Below are positions 1 to 11,859 of a DNA stretch of 39,035 nt, piece after piece. The position numbers and the translations under genes were made by a program. This DNA comes from Vermamoeba vermiformis (Eukaryota). Position 1 is the stretch's first letter, and each line of letters starts with the position of its first letter. The stretch covers positions 62,001-101,035 of the forward strand of contig JBEWZL010000284.1 in the NCBI GenBank assembly GCA_045837725.1. The letters run 5' to 3'. The notes beneath the pieces are model-generated. The model saw only the letters and a list, made by a program, of their open reading frames with translations, had not been told where the DNA came from and did no database searches.

Positions 1-2852
1 ATTTCAATTCTTCTGCGATTTGGCCACTGACTTCGAGCGGGGCGATAGAACCAACTACTTGGACGGACATGCGCTTGAGAGCCTTATCGTCAATGTGAGT
101 CATGCGAGGTGTAAGAACCTGAGCAAGGCCAGCACTCAAATGCTTTTCACGCGTCGTGAGCTCGTGTTCCGGTGAGGCGGCTGTGCCAGATTCAGCGCTG
201 CCAGTAGGCTCTTCGGGTACAGCAGGGTTGCGAGCAGCGCTATCCAGAGCGATGTTTGGCCTTGAGGGCGAGGCTGTAATATGGAAATCTGTCTTGGAAG
301 TCTTGCGGAAATGACGCTTGATTGTGCCCTCGCCAAGTGCGCGCTTGACGCTCGCTTGTTTGCGAACCCACTCATCAACACGGTTCTGAATGTAGCTTGA
401 TACCTTGTTAGTGTGTTGTTCTGGCAGACCGAGCTCGTGGATCAGCTCGATAGCGACTCCAGTAGCAGTGTCAGTGAGCAAGTGGAACTCGAATTCGATG
501 TCAATAGTCTTCTCGGGTGTTGTTAATCTGAGCTTCATGGGAATAGTGAACATCGCCTCTTGCTTCTTGTCGTCGTCTCCCATGTCGGAAGCGGCGTCGT
601 CAATGTTGTTTCTGACTTCGGTCTTGAACCGAGGAATGACAGGTTGAGAAGTCTGTCTGCGTAAGTTAGCTTGACGCTTCTTGGCCAAGCTGTCTTCAGA
701 CTCGGGCTGAAGTGTGTCCAACGAGAGGTCATCGTCAGAGTCCTCTAAGTATGTATCCAAAAGCCGTGATGGAGGCCCACTAGTGGACAAAACTGCCGTA
801 GCAGGATTCAGGCTTGGCAGATTAGGATTTTGACTTCGGCTAATGAAGCGCGTGCGTTTGGTTTCCTTCTTTTCAGAAGTGCCAGAGCCAACACTTTGAT
901 TGCTTGTCTTTCTTGACGGAATATCGTCGAACTCATCATCGTAGGCTGTGATTGGCACGGGACTCTCGCCTCTGCTACCAGTCCTGCTGACTGTTCGGCT
1001 ACGCGACGCTCTGATATCCAAGTCCGCGGAACTGTTGAAGTCATCGTCTGATGTCAAATCATTGTCACTGTATTCAGAATCTACTCCTGAAGACGAGTTG
1101 TTTCCTCGAAGAGGCGGTGACATTGGCTTAGTCATAGACACAGGGCGCGAGGAACCCGAGGACCCTGATTGCTTTGGTGTGACCAAGAAGTTGGCTGAAG
1201 TTTTGTCGTCATCCGATGAAGGGCTCATTGGAGCTATGTCGGCAGCTGTAATTGTAGGATCAAAGGTCATAACTGCAGGATCTTGTTGAGCAAGCCAGGC
1301 GTCAATCTCTTCGTCAGATCGCATGTCCAACAATCTGTCATTTTTGTCGTCATCACTGCACGCCAGGAACGGGTGTCGAAGCAATTGTGCGGCTGACTTT
1401 CTGTCACGAGGGTTTGTTAAACAGTCCAACAGGAACTGAAACACTTCAGGGTCTTTGATTCTAGCGAGTGCGCGAGGTCTTTGGCCCTATAAGAAGTACT
1501 TTAATACCCACGCTCGGGCTATCGAAAAAATGAAATTCTTACCGAAGAAACTTTCTTGAAAATTGATGCTGGGTTCGAGCATTCGCTATAAGGATATTCT
1601 AGCGTGACCATCTCTAAGACTGCCATGCCAAAAGCCCAAATATCGACTTTTTCGTTGTATTTCTCTTCGTAGAACTCTGGAGCCATAAACTCGGGTGTGC
1701 CAATGATACTGAGCGGGGCTTGGACTGTAGCAATGGTAGCTAAGCCCAAATCTCCGATTTTAACTTCGCCGAGCGTGCCATTAATGAAGATATTGTCGCA
1801 CTTAATGTCACGATGAATAATTGGAGAGGGACGCGTGTGCAAATAATTGAGGCCTTCTAGAATTTGAATGCACCAATTTTTGATTACGCGCAGCTTCACT
1901 TTGGTTGCCTTTCGAATAAACCTACGTACGGAACATGATTAATATGATTGCAACACCGAATAATTCCACGCCAAGCTAAAAGTTGTATCGAAAATTCGCT
2001 TTGGTAAACTTTTGGGCAAAGAGAAAAGTTCAGGTCTTGCAAAAAAATTGCAATTCCCGATCGGGACAAATGACCAATTTAATTTTAGTACTGTAATTAC
2101 AGAAATTTGAGAATTATATTAAAGAATAAGAGTACTTACTGCCTTAAAGTGCCTGAGGTCATGCACTCTGTAATGAAATTTAATTGCAATTTTTCTTCGT
2201 CGACCCAAGAGTGGTAGAAAATGATAATATTAGGGTGATTGAGCGATTGTAGCAATTGGATCTCTTTGTAGAGCTTGTCAAGATCCACGGAACGTGATAA
2301 CTTGATTTGATTCCATGCTACTTCGAGTCCTCGATCACGATCAATGGCTCGATAGACGATCTTCGAAGCGCCACGGCCAAGTTCATCATTTCCCTGTTTA
2401 ACGCATACGTATTAGTATAAAAGAATAATATAGAGAATAGTAAATGAAATTACAGTCAGAAATTACAAACAAAAATAATTTTTCAGTAACGAGGCGCAAT
2501 CATGCAATTATCTTGAAATTTGGCTTTGTATCGTGCAATATGCTATATTTGAGTAGTATATTATGATTTTATATCGAAGTCTTTAATAATTTAATGAATA
2601 GTCCTTCGATCGAAATTAGTGATCAAAAAAAACCGTTTGTGTAACGGGATTTGCTCTGAATATTTAAATTATATCCCTAATAAATTATATAGTAACACAT
2701 TTTGTCCAATACTGTGCATATTATCGATTGTACAAAGCCATTTCGATTGCTTCGTAGCAATCCAAGAATAAAAACGACTAGCTTACCCTAACATAACGAC
2801 CAGTAGGGTCTGTTTCAACAACTTGGTCTTGTCCAGAATCTGACTGGGACAT
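1..2852 (-). CDS. WNK: WNK-family Ser/Thr protein kinase, 3'-partial (runs off the window)
   Basis: Exons 2852-2787, 2393-2140, 1921-1543 and 1486-<1, all GT-AG. Translation: [46 protein letters not shown] (Lys in the Gly-loop strand, the WNK hallmark), [34 protein letters not shown] downstream [25 protein letters not shown] matches the WNK C-terminal CCT-like motif. Confidence 0.95.
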
Positions 2853-3792
2853 TGAATAATTTTATGAGTTATTTGGGCCTAATTGAGTTGCATCCAAGAA
2901 AAAAATATAACGAGATTCAAAAATACAGGATGAGTACGTTTCAACTGCTTTGTTTACGACCAATATAAGAGCTCGAGCTGAAATAAATAAATGGCTCTTG
3001 GTCTGTAGCAAAAGATACTCGTTTGTGGGTGACTATCGTAAATAGAAAAATAAATAGCAATACTAATTGCGGGAACTTTGTTGAACGCTCCAGCGGTAGA
3101 AATAAGACCATAATTAGTGACTACCACCTTGCCACAACGCTGGGATGTGATAGACTTTCTCACCTTTTGTTTGGTTGCAATTCAAGACGAATTTCCTAAC
3201 TCAGATTTAAATCTAAATCTGGACATTATGACGATTCTCGTGTATGTTGCGGCCATAAATCGAGTACGTATCTATTTTTAGCGAGCTTAAAGTCAATTGG
3301 GAAGCTAAAAAGGAACGCACGGTGGATGTTGCGACGATGTAATTTTTAAACTCGATAGAAAATTTAATTTAGCTAAATTAGGCATACAAATGTTATACAA
3401 ACACTGCCTACTAATTATTTTCAGGTGTAAAATTAATAAAGTAGTGAAGCCTAATAATAACTTTGGTTGGTCGGATTTAAATCAAGGCAACGGGCAAAAC
3501 TACTTTGCTGAGCTACGAACCACGTATTTATCTCGTGTAGCAACACTACATACCGTTTGCCCAAATATTTGTCGCAAATCCGTTGAACGTTGCAGTCACT
3601 TGGACGGTCCTGCTCCAGCTTCCTGTGCAGGATAGCCCTGATCAACATTACCCTCAGGTGCAACGCCTTGATGAAGTTATGCTCGTTCGCAAGCGCAAGC
3701 CCTCTCGTGTGTACACTCGTTAGCGCGGTGCGTTTTTTTGGGTTCGATCTCTCGGTCGTTTCATTTTGTCAATCGTTTGATTATCAGCAAAC

Positions 3793-5396
3793 ATGAGTGC
3801 AACATTTGTTGACGTTACTGGCGAAGCTGAGCAGTTTGCTGACTTGTTCGGCTATCTCGCTTCATTGAAGCCAGAGCTCAAGGCCGATGCAGACGAAAAA
3901 AATATTGAGAAAGCCGTAGAACAAAATAAACAAAGCGAGTTGTTGAAGAAATTATTATCTAGCCAACAGTTGGTTTTGGAACAAGGAGCAGAAAAAGGTA
4001 ATTATTACAATAATGAATTTTGAGATGATCTGATCGAAAAAAATTATTGATTCGGTTTGTGGAAGTCTTTTTCGCGATTATTAATTTAATAATATTACAT
4101 ATAGATGTCGAAGGATTTTTTGGATTGCAAACTACTTTAATCTTGAAGCACGGAGGCTCTAACACAAAAGATCTCTTGCATCAACAAGTCAAGGCTGTCG
4201 CCGCTAATCCTACAGAAAAATCCTTGGTTAAAATCACGGTGTACGTATTATATTGACAATATTATGCTAATGCAAATTTGATAATAATTATGGAACTGAT
4301 ATTACAAACAATAATTCATGCAAGCGCTTAATTGTCGTGATAAAAAGACTAATGTTGTATTTTGCAGTTTGAATAATATGTATAATCTTGCACAAGACAA
4401 CGATCTCAGAGCAGAAATTTTTGTCTCCTTGTTAAAATGCGCTGCATCTAACAGCGATCTGGTTTACCCTCTTTTTGATACCGTCGAGGATAAGTTCAGA
4501 GAGTGGAAGAGCTCAGTGGCACAAAAGCGCGAGGTTTACAAATTGCTCCGCGAGATGACTAAGGAAAAAGAAACGTGAGTACTGACCTTGGTGGATCCAC
4601 GATAAAACCGGATCTAATATCTTTATTACAGTGCTTTTTACAACAAATTTTCATTAAAATACTTCAAGACCTTCGAGGCCAACGAGGCTGCTAGCGTCAC
4701 TGGCGAGGCTAAGGCTTATGCTTTGGAAGTTTTGAAATCCAAGGACAACTATCAATTCGATGAGCTTTTTAGTCTGCCCGTCGTTAAGGCTCTCGAAAAA
4801 TCAGATGCTAACGTTTTCCAACTCCTCAAAATATTTAACAATGGTGATTTGGACAACTTTGCTTCATTCCCTCAAGGCGACGTTTCTGCTCTTGGATTGG
4901 ATGCGGATGTTTTGCGCCGAAAGATTACAATGTTGACTTTGGTCTCTTTGGCCTCTCAAAAGAGCGAGTTGACCTACGCTGAAGTCTCTAAGGCTTTGAA
5001 GCTCCAAAACGAAGATGAAGTCGAATACTGGGTTATCACCGCTGTTGGCGAGAAGTTGCTCGAAGCCAGAATGGATCCTACTGCTAAAACTATTTCTGTT
5101 GCGTAAGTAGTCGTGACTTACAGTACATTTATACCATCATCAGTATCCACAGTTGATATTTGAATGAAAATAATGGCCACTTACTGGTTCGCTCACGCGG
5201 ATCTTCTGACGATTACAATTCGAGCTTTTTTATTGCCAAAGATACTAACGAATATCATTATAGTCGATCATCTCACCGCTCATTCGACAAGGCTCAATGG
5301 GAGTCCTTGCGAGATCGTGTTGCCTTGTGGAAAGAAAACTTGGTCTCCGTTCTCAAGGTCATCCAAAGCGCCAAGAACGAAAAGCAAACCGCTTAA
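3793..5396 (+). CDS. EIF3M: Eukaryotic translation initiation factor 3 subunit M (PCI domain)
   Basis: Exons 3793-3997, 4105-4240, 4368-4574, 4632-5102 and 5264-5396 splice in frame. PCI-type segment RRKITMLTLVSLA..LTYAEVSKAL..EVEYWVITAV..LLEARMD. The C-terminal SHRSFDKAQWESLRDRVALWKENL is typical of eIF3m. Confidence 0.9.
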
Positions 5397-5672
5397 GTGC
5401 CCTAAAATCGGAACATAAGTCCTTAATAGCGATAACGAAAAGAGTATATTTATTCCAAAGTTTTTGTAATGGATCTTTGTATGCGCGTTAATTTTGGTGA
5501 AGATTCATCCAAGAACGACAAAAAAACATAAAAATAAATCAAATTATAATATGTTGATTAATATTTTTGTTGTGTGTTGCATTCCGAGGGAATCAAAATT
5601 TTGGATCACCGCAATTTAGTTCACCTTATTGTAAAATAGATGAAACAATAGAATTTTATGTATATTTGTTAA

Positions 5673-8459
5673 ATGGAGAATATAGTTGCTTCAGCTGCGG
5701 ATGTGATCAAAACTTATCGAGTTCCAAAGCTCGAAGCGGTTGTAGAATTTAAAAAACAGCACCAAGGCGAAATTAACGAAGTATCTTGGAACCATAATAG
5801 TAAGGAGATTGAATAGATTCGATTGCAAGGGCGTAATATTATTTGGCGCCTTTTTAGAAAATCAATTTGAATTTAATTATGTTATTTCGGCTTCTACGAG
5901 CGTTTTAGTGGTATACATAATTACGTGCATCTATTTATTAATATTCAATAATTTAGATAAATTATTGGCGACGGGCAGTGCGGATGGAAAAATCTATTTG
6001 AACAGAGCCGACGGTGCTTCGTTAGGAATGTTCCCCGACAAGGATAATTGCGTAAGCGGCATTTAATATTAACAATATATTGCTAACTAGCATTTAGGAA
6101 ACGAATTCCCTCTGCTTCAGTACCGGATCTCGTTATCTAGCTACAGGAGGCTCCGATAACCTCGTTAAAATTTGGGATTTAAAGAAAAAGAGCGTAGTTA
6201 AGTTATTCAAGGTACGTCAAAAGCTTGCCATGTAGTAGACTAGAGATCCTAGATCCTTGATCTCGGTTGCTAGTGTTACGGTCTACGCTCGATTTTGTTA
6301 GTTTTAATAATATATATGTATAGACACACACGGATACTATCACATGTATACGATTCAGCCGTACAGACTCTCACTTAGCCTCGTGTACACTCAACGGAGA
6401 GCTGCATGTGCACAACTTACTGAGCGGCAAAACAGTGGCTCAATATAAGTTAGAAGACGCAGTAAGTAGTAGTCGAGGCCGAAAATACGGAATTTAATAT
6501 TTGAAGCGTGATAGTATTCAAACTGTGTATGCGAATGTGTTCTAATGTCTCTGATTTGTTTAGGCTTTCAAGGCTATCAGATACGCACCGTTGAAAAAGA
6601 ACCAATTTGCTACATGTGCAGATTCGGGTGCAGTTCACATATGGGACTACACGAAGAAGCAACCAATTGGAGCGTTCAAAGGCACGTGTCAAGAGCGATA
6701 TTATCCCTCAGTAACACCTTTTAATCTGATCTTTTTCATGTGAAATAGGCCACACTGCACCGACTAGTGCCATAGTTTACTCACCAACTATGCCAACACT
6801 TCTTATTTCAGCCGGTCTTGATAAAAAGATCGTGCTCATCGACACAGTCAAACAAGCGTACGTCCGTCCTATTACTTAGCCTTCAGCCATATCATTAATA
6901 AATTTAATAGGGCCACTAAGGTCATTCAAACACAAGCTCCTCTGACGGCCATGGACTTGCACGATGATGGCAATACATTGGTGGTTGGTACTGCTTCGGG
7001 TATGCTTTTCTCAACTATGGTTTATTACGCTACGCTAATTGTACTGACATTGCTTTATAGGCAAAATCATCGTGTACGACATTCGCAATGAGGTTAAGGC
7101 AGTCAGTGAGGTTCAGGCTCATAGCACCATCATCAGATCCATTCAACTCCAGCACGCTGAAGTGAAAGTAAGATTCTTTCAACTAATCAATATAAGATAT
7201 TATTGCTCATGTTTATCTAGTCCGAGTTGATCAAGGACGATTTTATCCCCACGAGTCCTTCAGCCATGTCATTTAATAGCGGTGTCGATGACTCCACAGA
7301 AGATACTTTTGCTCGCCCAGGAGGCGTTCATGAAGTAGGTGACGTGCTTTCACCGTTGAAAGGGGGTAAGTTCTATTGATATATTATGGATAGAAGTTCT
7401 AATGATGATTTGTAGCGACACCAACGCGCCCCGAAGACGTTCTGTCACCCATCAGACCAATGGCAAACCTCGATGTCAATTCATCAATGGACCGCTCTTT
7501 GCATACTCCAGGAGGTCCTAATATGTCGTTCGACAATGGCGTCTTATCGCCTTTGAGCACTAAGACCGGCAACAACTTCAGCGTCTTGTCGCCCATTCAC
7601 CACGTCACAACATCTTCTCCGTTAGTGACGGCGAAGATGAGCTCACCGATGACAGGAGATGTCTTGTCTCCGTTAGGAAAAGACACGTACAGCAACGAGC
7701 TTTATACCAATACAAATGTCATCTCGCCCATCACGACTGGCCCTTCATTAACGATCAACAAGCCAACCAATGCGGACCTGTTCTCAACACCTGTCACCAA
7801 AACTGATCACAAGGACAAGGCTGCGTTCTCTATCGAAGAGTATGTTACGCTTCCTACTCGTTAGCAGCTACTAACAGCTCAATAGACCACCGGTTTCGCC
7901 AATCAAAGTTGAGACCCCTGTTTATCCTAAGTACACTCCTAGCGTCACAGCAGTTGACTTGCCGCCAACGGGCAGCTTCACAAACTACCAGTCCTCGCCT
8001 TCAGTAGAAATGACTGCCCCTGCAGGCACGCGCAAGAGCCTCAATCTTGGTCAACAGAAAGTTACAAACGTGTCAACAATGCAGACTGTTGAGTCTAGTA
8101 CAGCGAGCATTGCAGCCGAGACTATTAAGAAACCCGCACCGCAGTTACAGCCGGCAGTACAGGCGAGTCACAGCAGCGGATCTGGTTCCGAATACACGAG
8201 CCCACCGCAGAGTGTCAACCAAGCATTGCAGTTTCAACAACAGTTATTGCAAGGTGTTATCTCAGACAGCTTGGCATCGTTCAGAGAAGAGGTTCTGGGT
8301 CAAGTTCAGAACTTGCATCTGGAGCTATTAAGACAGTTCCAGATCCAACAAATGGAAATTAATGCTTTGATGCAACATCATTACGGCGAGAAGCAAGAGT
8401 TATTAGAAGAGATTAAGCGGCTGAAAGAAGAGAATAGGAGACTTAAGGACCTGTATTGA
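5673..8459 (+). CDS. NEDD1: NEDD1 / GCP-WD gamma-tubulin ring complex targeting factor (WD40 repeats + C-terminal helical domain)
   Basis: Multi-exon gene. N-terminal WD40 repeats (EINEVSWNHN, SRYLATGGSDNLVKIWDLKKK, HTDTITCIRFS). Ser/Pro-rich linker. The C-terminus SLASFREEVLGQVQNLHLELLRQFQIQQMEI..LLEEIKRLKEENRRLK matches the NEDD1 gamma-tubulin-binding tail. Confidence 0.9.
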
Positions 8460-8564
8460 GCAACTAAAAGTTACGTAAGCCTTTCTAACTAGTTACGGAT
8501 CGAGTCATCACTGAACTTTTTTCTGCCGCAGATCGGACCACTAATGATAATTTATTTAAAATTT

Positions 8565-9971
8565 CTATAGTTGCAACACCAATACGATGCCACTAATAAT
8601 CAACAGTAAAGAAAGGTGGTTCGTTACGTGAGTTACGTCGCTTGTCCTTGCTTTCGGCACGTTAGAGTTACCTTGAGGAGAGCTTGATTGAGGAGCAGAT
8701 GTTTGAGGACTTGCTACATACGGCGCTGATTGAGGTATTTGTTCTAATGTCATTCAACCGATTAATACTTACTCGACCAGAAGGTTAAATGCTGTTGCTG
8801 CTCGACTTACCGAATGAGCCAACGCGAATGAACCAAATGTTGCTGCTCACCGATGGCTGCATCACAAACACATTGAGACCAGGTACGTAAAGAAACCGCT
8901 TGTTGATGCCTGATCCGGAGCTGGGCGTAGAGGGTGGTGTCGCAGATCCCTCAGTCAAAGGCAAAGTACTCATTTCCCAACCATCACTGCCATCATTCGG
9001 AGTGATGACGTAGATACGTCCGACCGAGGAGAGCTGGCCATAGTAGAATAGAAAGCGGTCATTCACAGGATCATAGTCCATGGCAGAGTACGTTGGAGAT
9101 TCGGAGATGAACAGATCCAGCGCACTACTGTTTTTGAAGGTGACTTTGTACTGCGCATCACCAGGGTTGAGCGGAATGCGCGACGCTTGCACGCCTAAAT
9201 CCGTATTATAGCCTTGACCGTCTCCGAACTCCAGTGTGAAAAGTTGATGACGACGCGTGTCATGTGCCCATGGCCAGCGTGCAAAGATGTTAGCATTCTT
9301 GGTGATTGGGTTTGTCAACTCTTTCTTCTCCAAATCGATGCGAGTCAAGCTGTTGGCCCAGATGATGCTGCTGTTGGTTTCACGAAGTACCCCGTATCCT
9401 TTAGTGATGTTTGGCCAAGTGTTTTGTGGATCCCATTGGTTCGTGTCAGGATTGAACCCGTCAGTCGTCGGAAAGGCCGTACCACTTCCAAATACACCGT
9501 AGGCACCACATAGAATAATTCTATTGATTGCAGGAACCCACATGCTGTGTTGATAGTTGTGACGAGAAGAAGGCAAGCCATCTTTATAGTAGGCCACGTC
9601 TTCAACGACAAACTCTTGGGGAGTTGGCTGTGCGCGCATGATCCACTGTGGCTGATCGTCTGTCAACTTAATTGATACAACTCGATTATCATGAGAGTCA
9701 TGATGACCACCGTTAGCAACGACGAACAACTCCGTGGTGTCTTCTCGAAGAACGAAGCTGCCCCAAGGATCAATTGCTGCTCCTCCAGCACCGCTCGTGC
9801 CGTTAATTTCAAACCATTGATTCATTGGTTTGCCTGCTAGCCATGCTGGTTCGGCGGCCTAACAATGGTTTGAGGTGATGATTCAAATGCCAATGTGAGA
9901 GAGTTGGTATTTACCGAAGTACATCCAACCACAGCGAAAAGAAAGAGAAGGACATACAACCCAGAAGACAT
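8565..9971 (-). CDS. Secreted, probably GPI-anchored protein with a bacterial-like, probably beta-propeller domain; tandem copy A
   Basis: Exon 9971-9915 encodes the signal peptide MSSGLYVLLFLFAVVGCTS. Exon 9858-8811 encodes AAEPAWLAGKPMNQWFEING...IWFIRVGSF. Exon 8743-8565 encodes an S/P/Q stalk plus hydrophobic tail. All junctions are in frame. Confidence 0.85.
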
Positions 9972-10042
9972 CAGAGCCGATTCGTTTGTGGTCGTGGTAT
10001 GGAATTTAATAGAATACAAATCTTTATGACTTATTTAAATGA

Positions 10043-10094
10043 GGGACGGGACAGGCCTGTCCCCAGGGGACGTTGGATTGAAATTTCACCAGAG
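10043..10094. promoter_or_regulatory. Upstream motifs shared by the two propeller paralogues (GGACGGGACA..CAGGGGAC and the palindrome TGAAATTTCA)
   Basis: The same motifs recur in the same order at 11684-11743 upstream of copy B, while the surrounding non-coding DNA has diverged. Copy A also has the perfect 16-bp palindrome GGGACAGGCCTGTCCC at 10048-10063. Confidence 0.45.
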
Positions 10095-10219
10095 TGTCAC
10101 CGATCGATCAACAGTCATCACGGTAACCGACTCACAAATCCTAATATAATCGTTCATTTATTAGCGTATTACAAAAATAACGTCATTTACTAGTACATAA
10201 AATAATAATGGCTCGGTTT

Positions 10220-11607
10220 TTAGCTCATTAAAACGAGACTGATTATCACTACTATCACTGATAGGTAGCTCATAACGGCAGAAACATCGCTCGTCCTTGC
10301 TTTCGGCACATTAGAGCTTGATTGAGGAGAGTTCGATGACTGAGGAGCAGTTGTTTGAGGACTTGCTACATACGGCGCTGATTGAGGTATTTGTTCTAAC
10401 GCCAATTAATTACTACTAACTCACTTTATGATGACAGTAGTGTCTTGACTTACCGAAAGAACCAACGCGAATGAACCAAATGTTGCTGCTCACCGATGGC
10501 TGCATCACAAACACATTGAGACCAGGTACGTAAAGAAATCGTTTGTTGACGCCAGCCCCAGGAGCGGAGGGCGGTGTTGCAGATCCGTCGGCCAAAGGCA
10601 AAGTGCTCATTTCCCAACCATCACTGCCATCGTTCGGAGTGATGACGTAGATGCGACCAGCTGAGGTAAGTTGACCATAATAGAACAGAAAGCGGTCATT
10701 CATGGGATCGTAGTCCATGCCAGCGTACGTCGGGGCTTCGGAGATGAACAGATCCGTTGTGGAGCTATTTTTGAACGTGACTTTGTACTGCGTGTCACCA
10801 GGGTTTAGTGGAATACGTGCGGCTTGAATACCTAACTCGGTATTAAAGCCTTGACCGTCTCCAAATTGCAGCGAGAAGAGTTGATGACGACGCGTATCAT
10901 GCGCCCATGGCCAGCGTGCAAAGACATTGGCAGTCGTTGTGATTGGTTTTGTCAACTCTTTCTTCTCAAGATCGATGCGAGTCAAGCTGTTGGCCCAAAT
11001 GATGCTGCTGTTAGTTTCACGGAGCACTCCGTATCCTTGAGTGATGTTTGGCCAAGTGTTTTGTGGATCCCATTGATTCGTGTCAGGATTGAATCCGTCA
11101 ATCGTCGGAAAGGCATAGGCAGATCCGTACACGGCATAAGCGCCGCACATAATGAGGCGATTAATTGCCGGGACCCACATGCTGTGTTGATAGTTGTGAC
11201 GAGCAGAAGGCAAGCCATCTTTATAGTAGGGCACGTCTTGAACGACAAGTTCCTGGGGAGTCGGCTGTACGCGTACGATCCACTGTGGCTGATCGTCTGT
11301 CAGCTTAATGGAGACAACTCGATTATCATAAGAGTCTCCATGGCCGCCACTGGCAGCGACAAAAAGCTCCGTGGTGTCTTCTCGAAGAACGAAACTGCCC
11401 CAAGCATTCAGTGCTGCTCCGCCAGCACCGCTCGTGCCGTTAATTTCAAACCATTGATTCATTGGTTTGCCTGCTAGCCATGCTGGTTCGGCAGCCTAAT
11501 TTATTGATATCATTAATATTTAGTTAATTATTTAATTCAAAGTTGGCACTTACCGAAGCAAATCCAACGACAGCAAAAACAAAAAGAAGGGAATATAACT
11601 TTGCCAT
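10220..11607 (-). CDS. Secreted, probably GPI-anchored protein with a bacterial-like, probably beta-propeller domain; tandem copy B
   Basis: Exons 11607-11554 (MAKLYSLLFVFAVVGFAS), 11495-10454 and 10395-10220. Same intron positions as copy A and colinear with it. Confidence 0.85.
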
Positions 11608-11859
11608 TAGAAGTCGATTCGTATGTGGTCGTGGTATGGAATCATATTATTTGACAGAACACGGAAACGCGAGCAGTTTGACAGGACGGGACAAACAGGG
11701 GACTTTTGCGAACAAAGAATCTTCGGTGAAATTTCATCCAGAGCTTTAAAAAGCATCACTCCGCTTGGCATTCATGTCGCTAAGGACGGTATTTTTACAA
11801 TTTTACCTTTGCAAGCCGCTTTTTCGCTTGCGTGGCATTTATTTTTATACAATCTGCAG

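Noticed and set aside
136-1289. Short ORFs at 136-381, 405-647, 535-732, 808-1044 and 948-1289
   Set aside because: Antisense or off-frame shadows of the long final WNK exon, which the track omits because it runs off the window.
3390-3796. GC-richer stretch with overlapping ORFs and a small hairpin upstream of eIF3m (possible ncRNA or uORF)
   Set aside because: No convincing ATG-initiated or spliced gene, and no match to 5S, SRP or spliceosomal snRNA motifs. Most likely divergent promoter or UTR.
8785-11462. Bacterial contamination or chimeric assembly as the source of the propeller genes
   Set aside because: Both copies have phase-correct spliceosomal introns at the same positions and eukaryotic signal/GPI exons.
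9214-11477. Antisense ORFs, including the 208-aa ORF at 10851-11477, similar in both duplicates
   Set aside because: Similarity follows from the sense-strand duplication, and the ORF is truncated in copy A.
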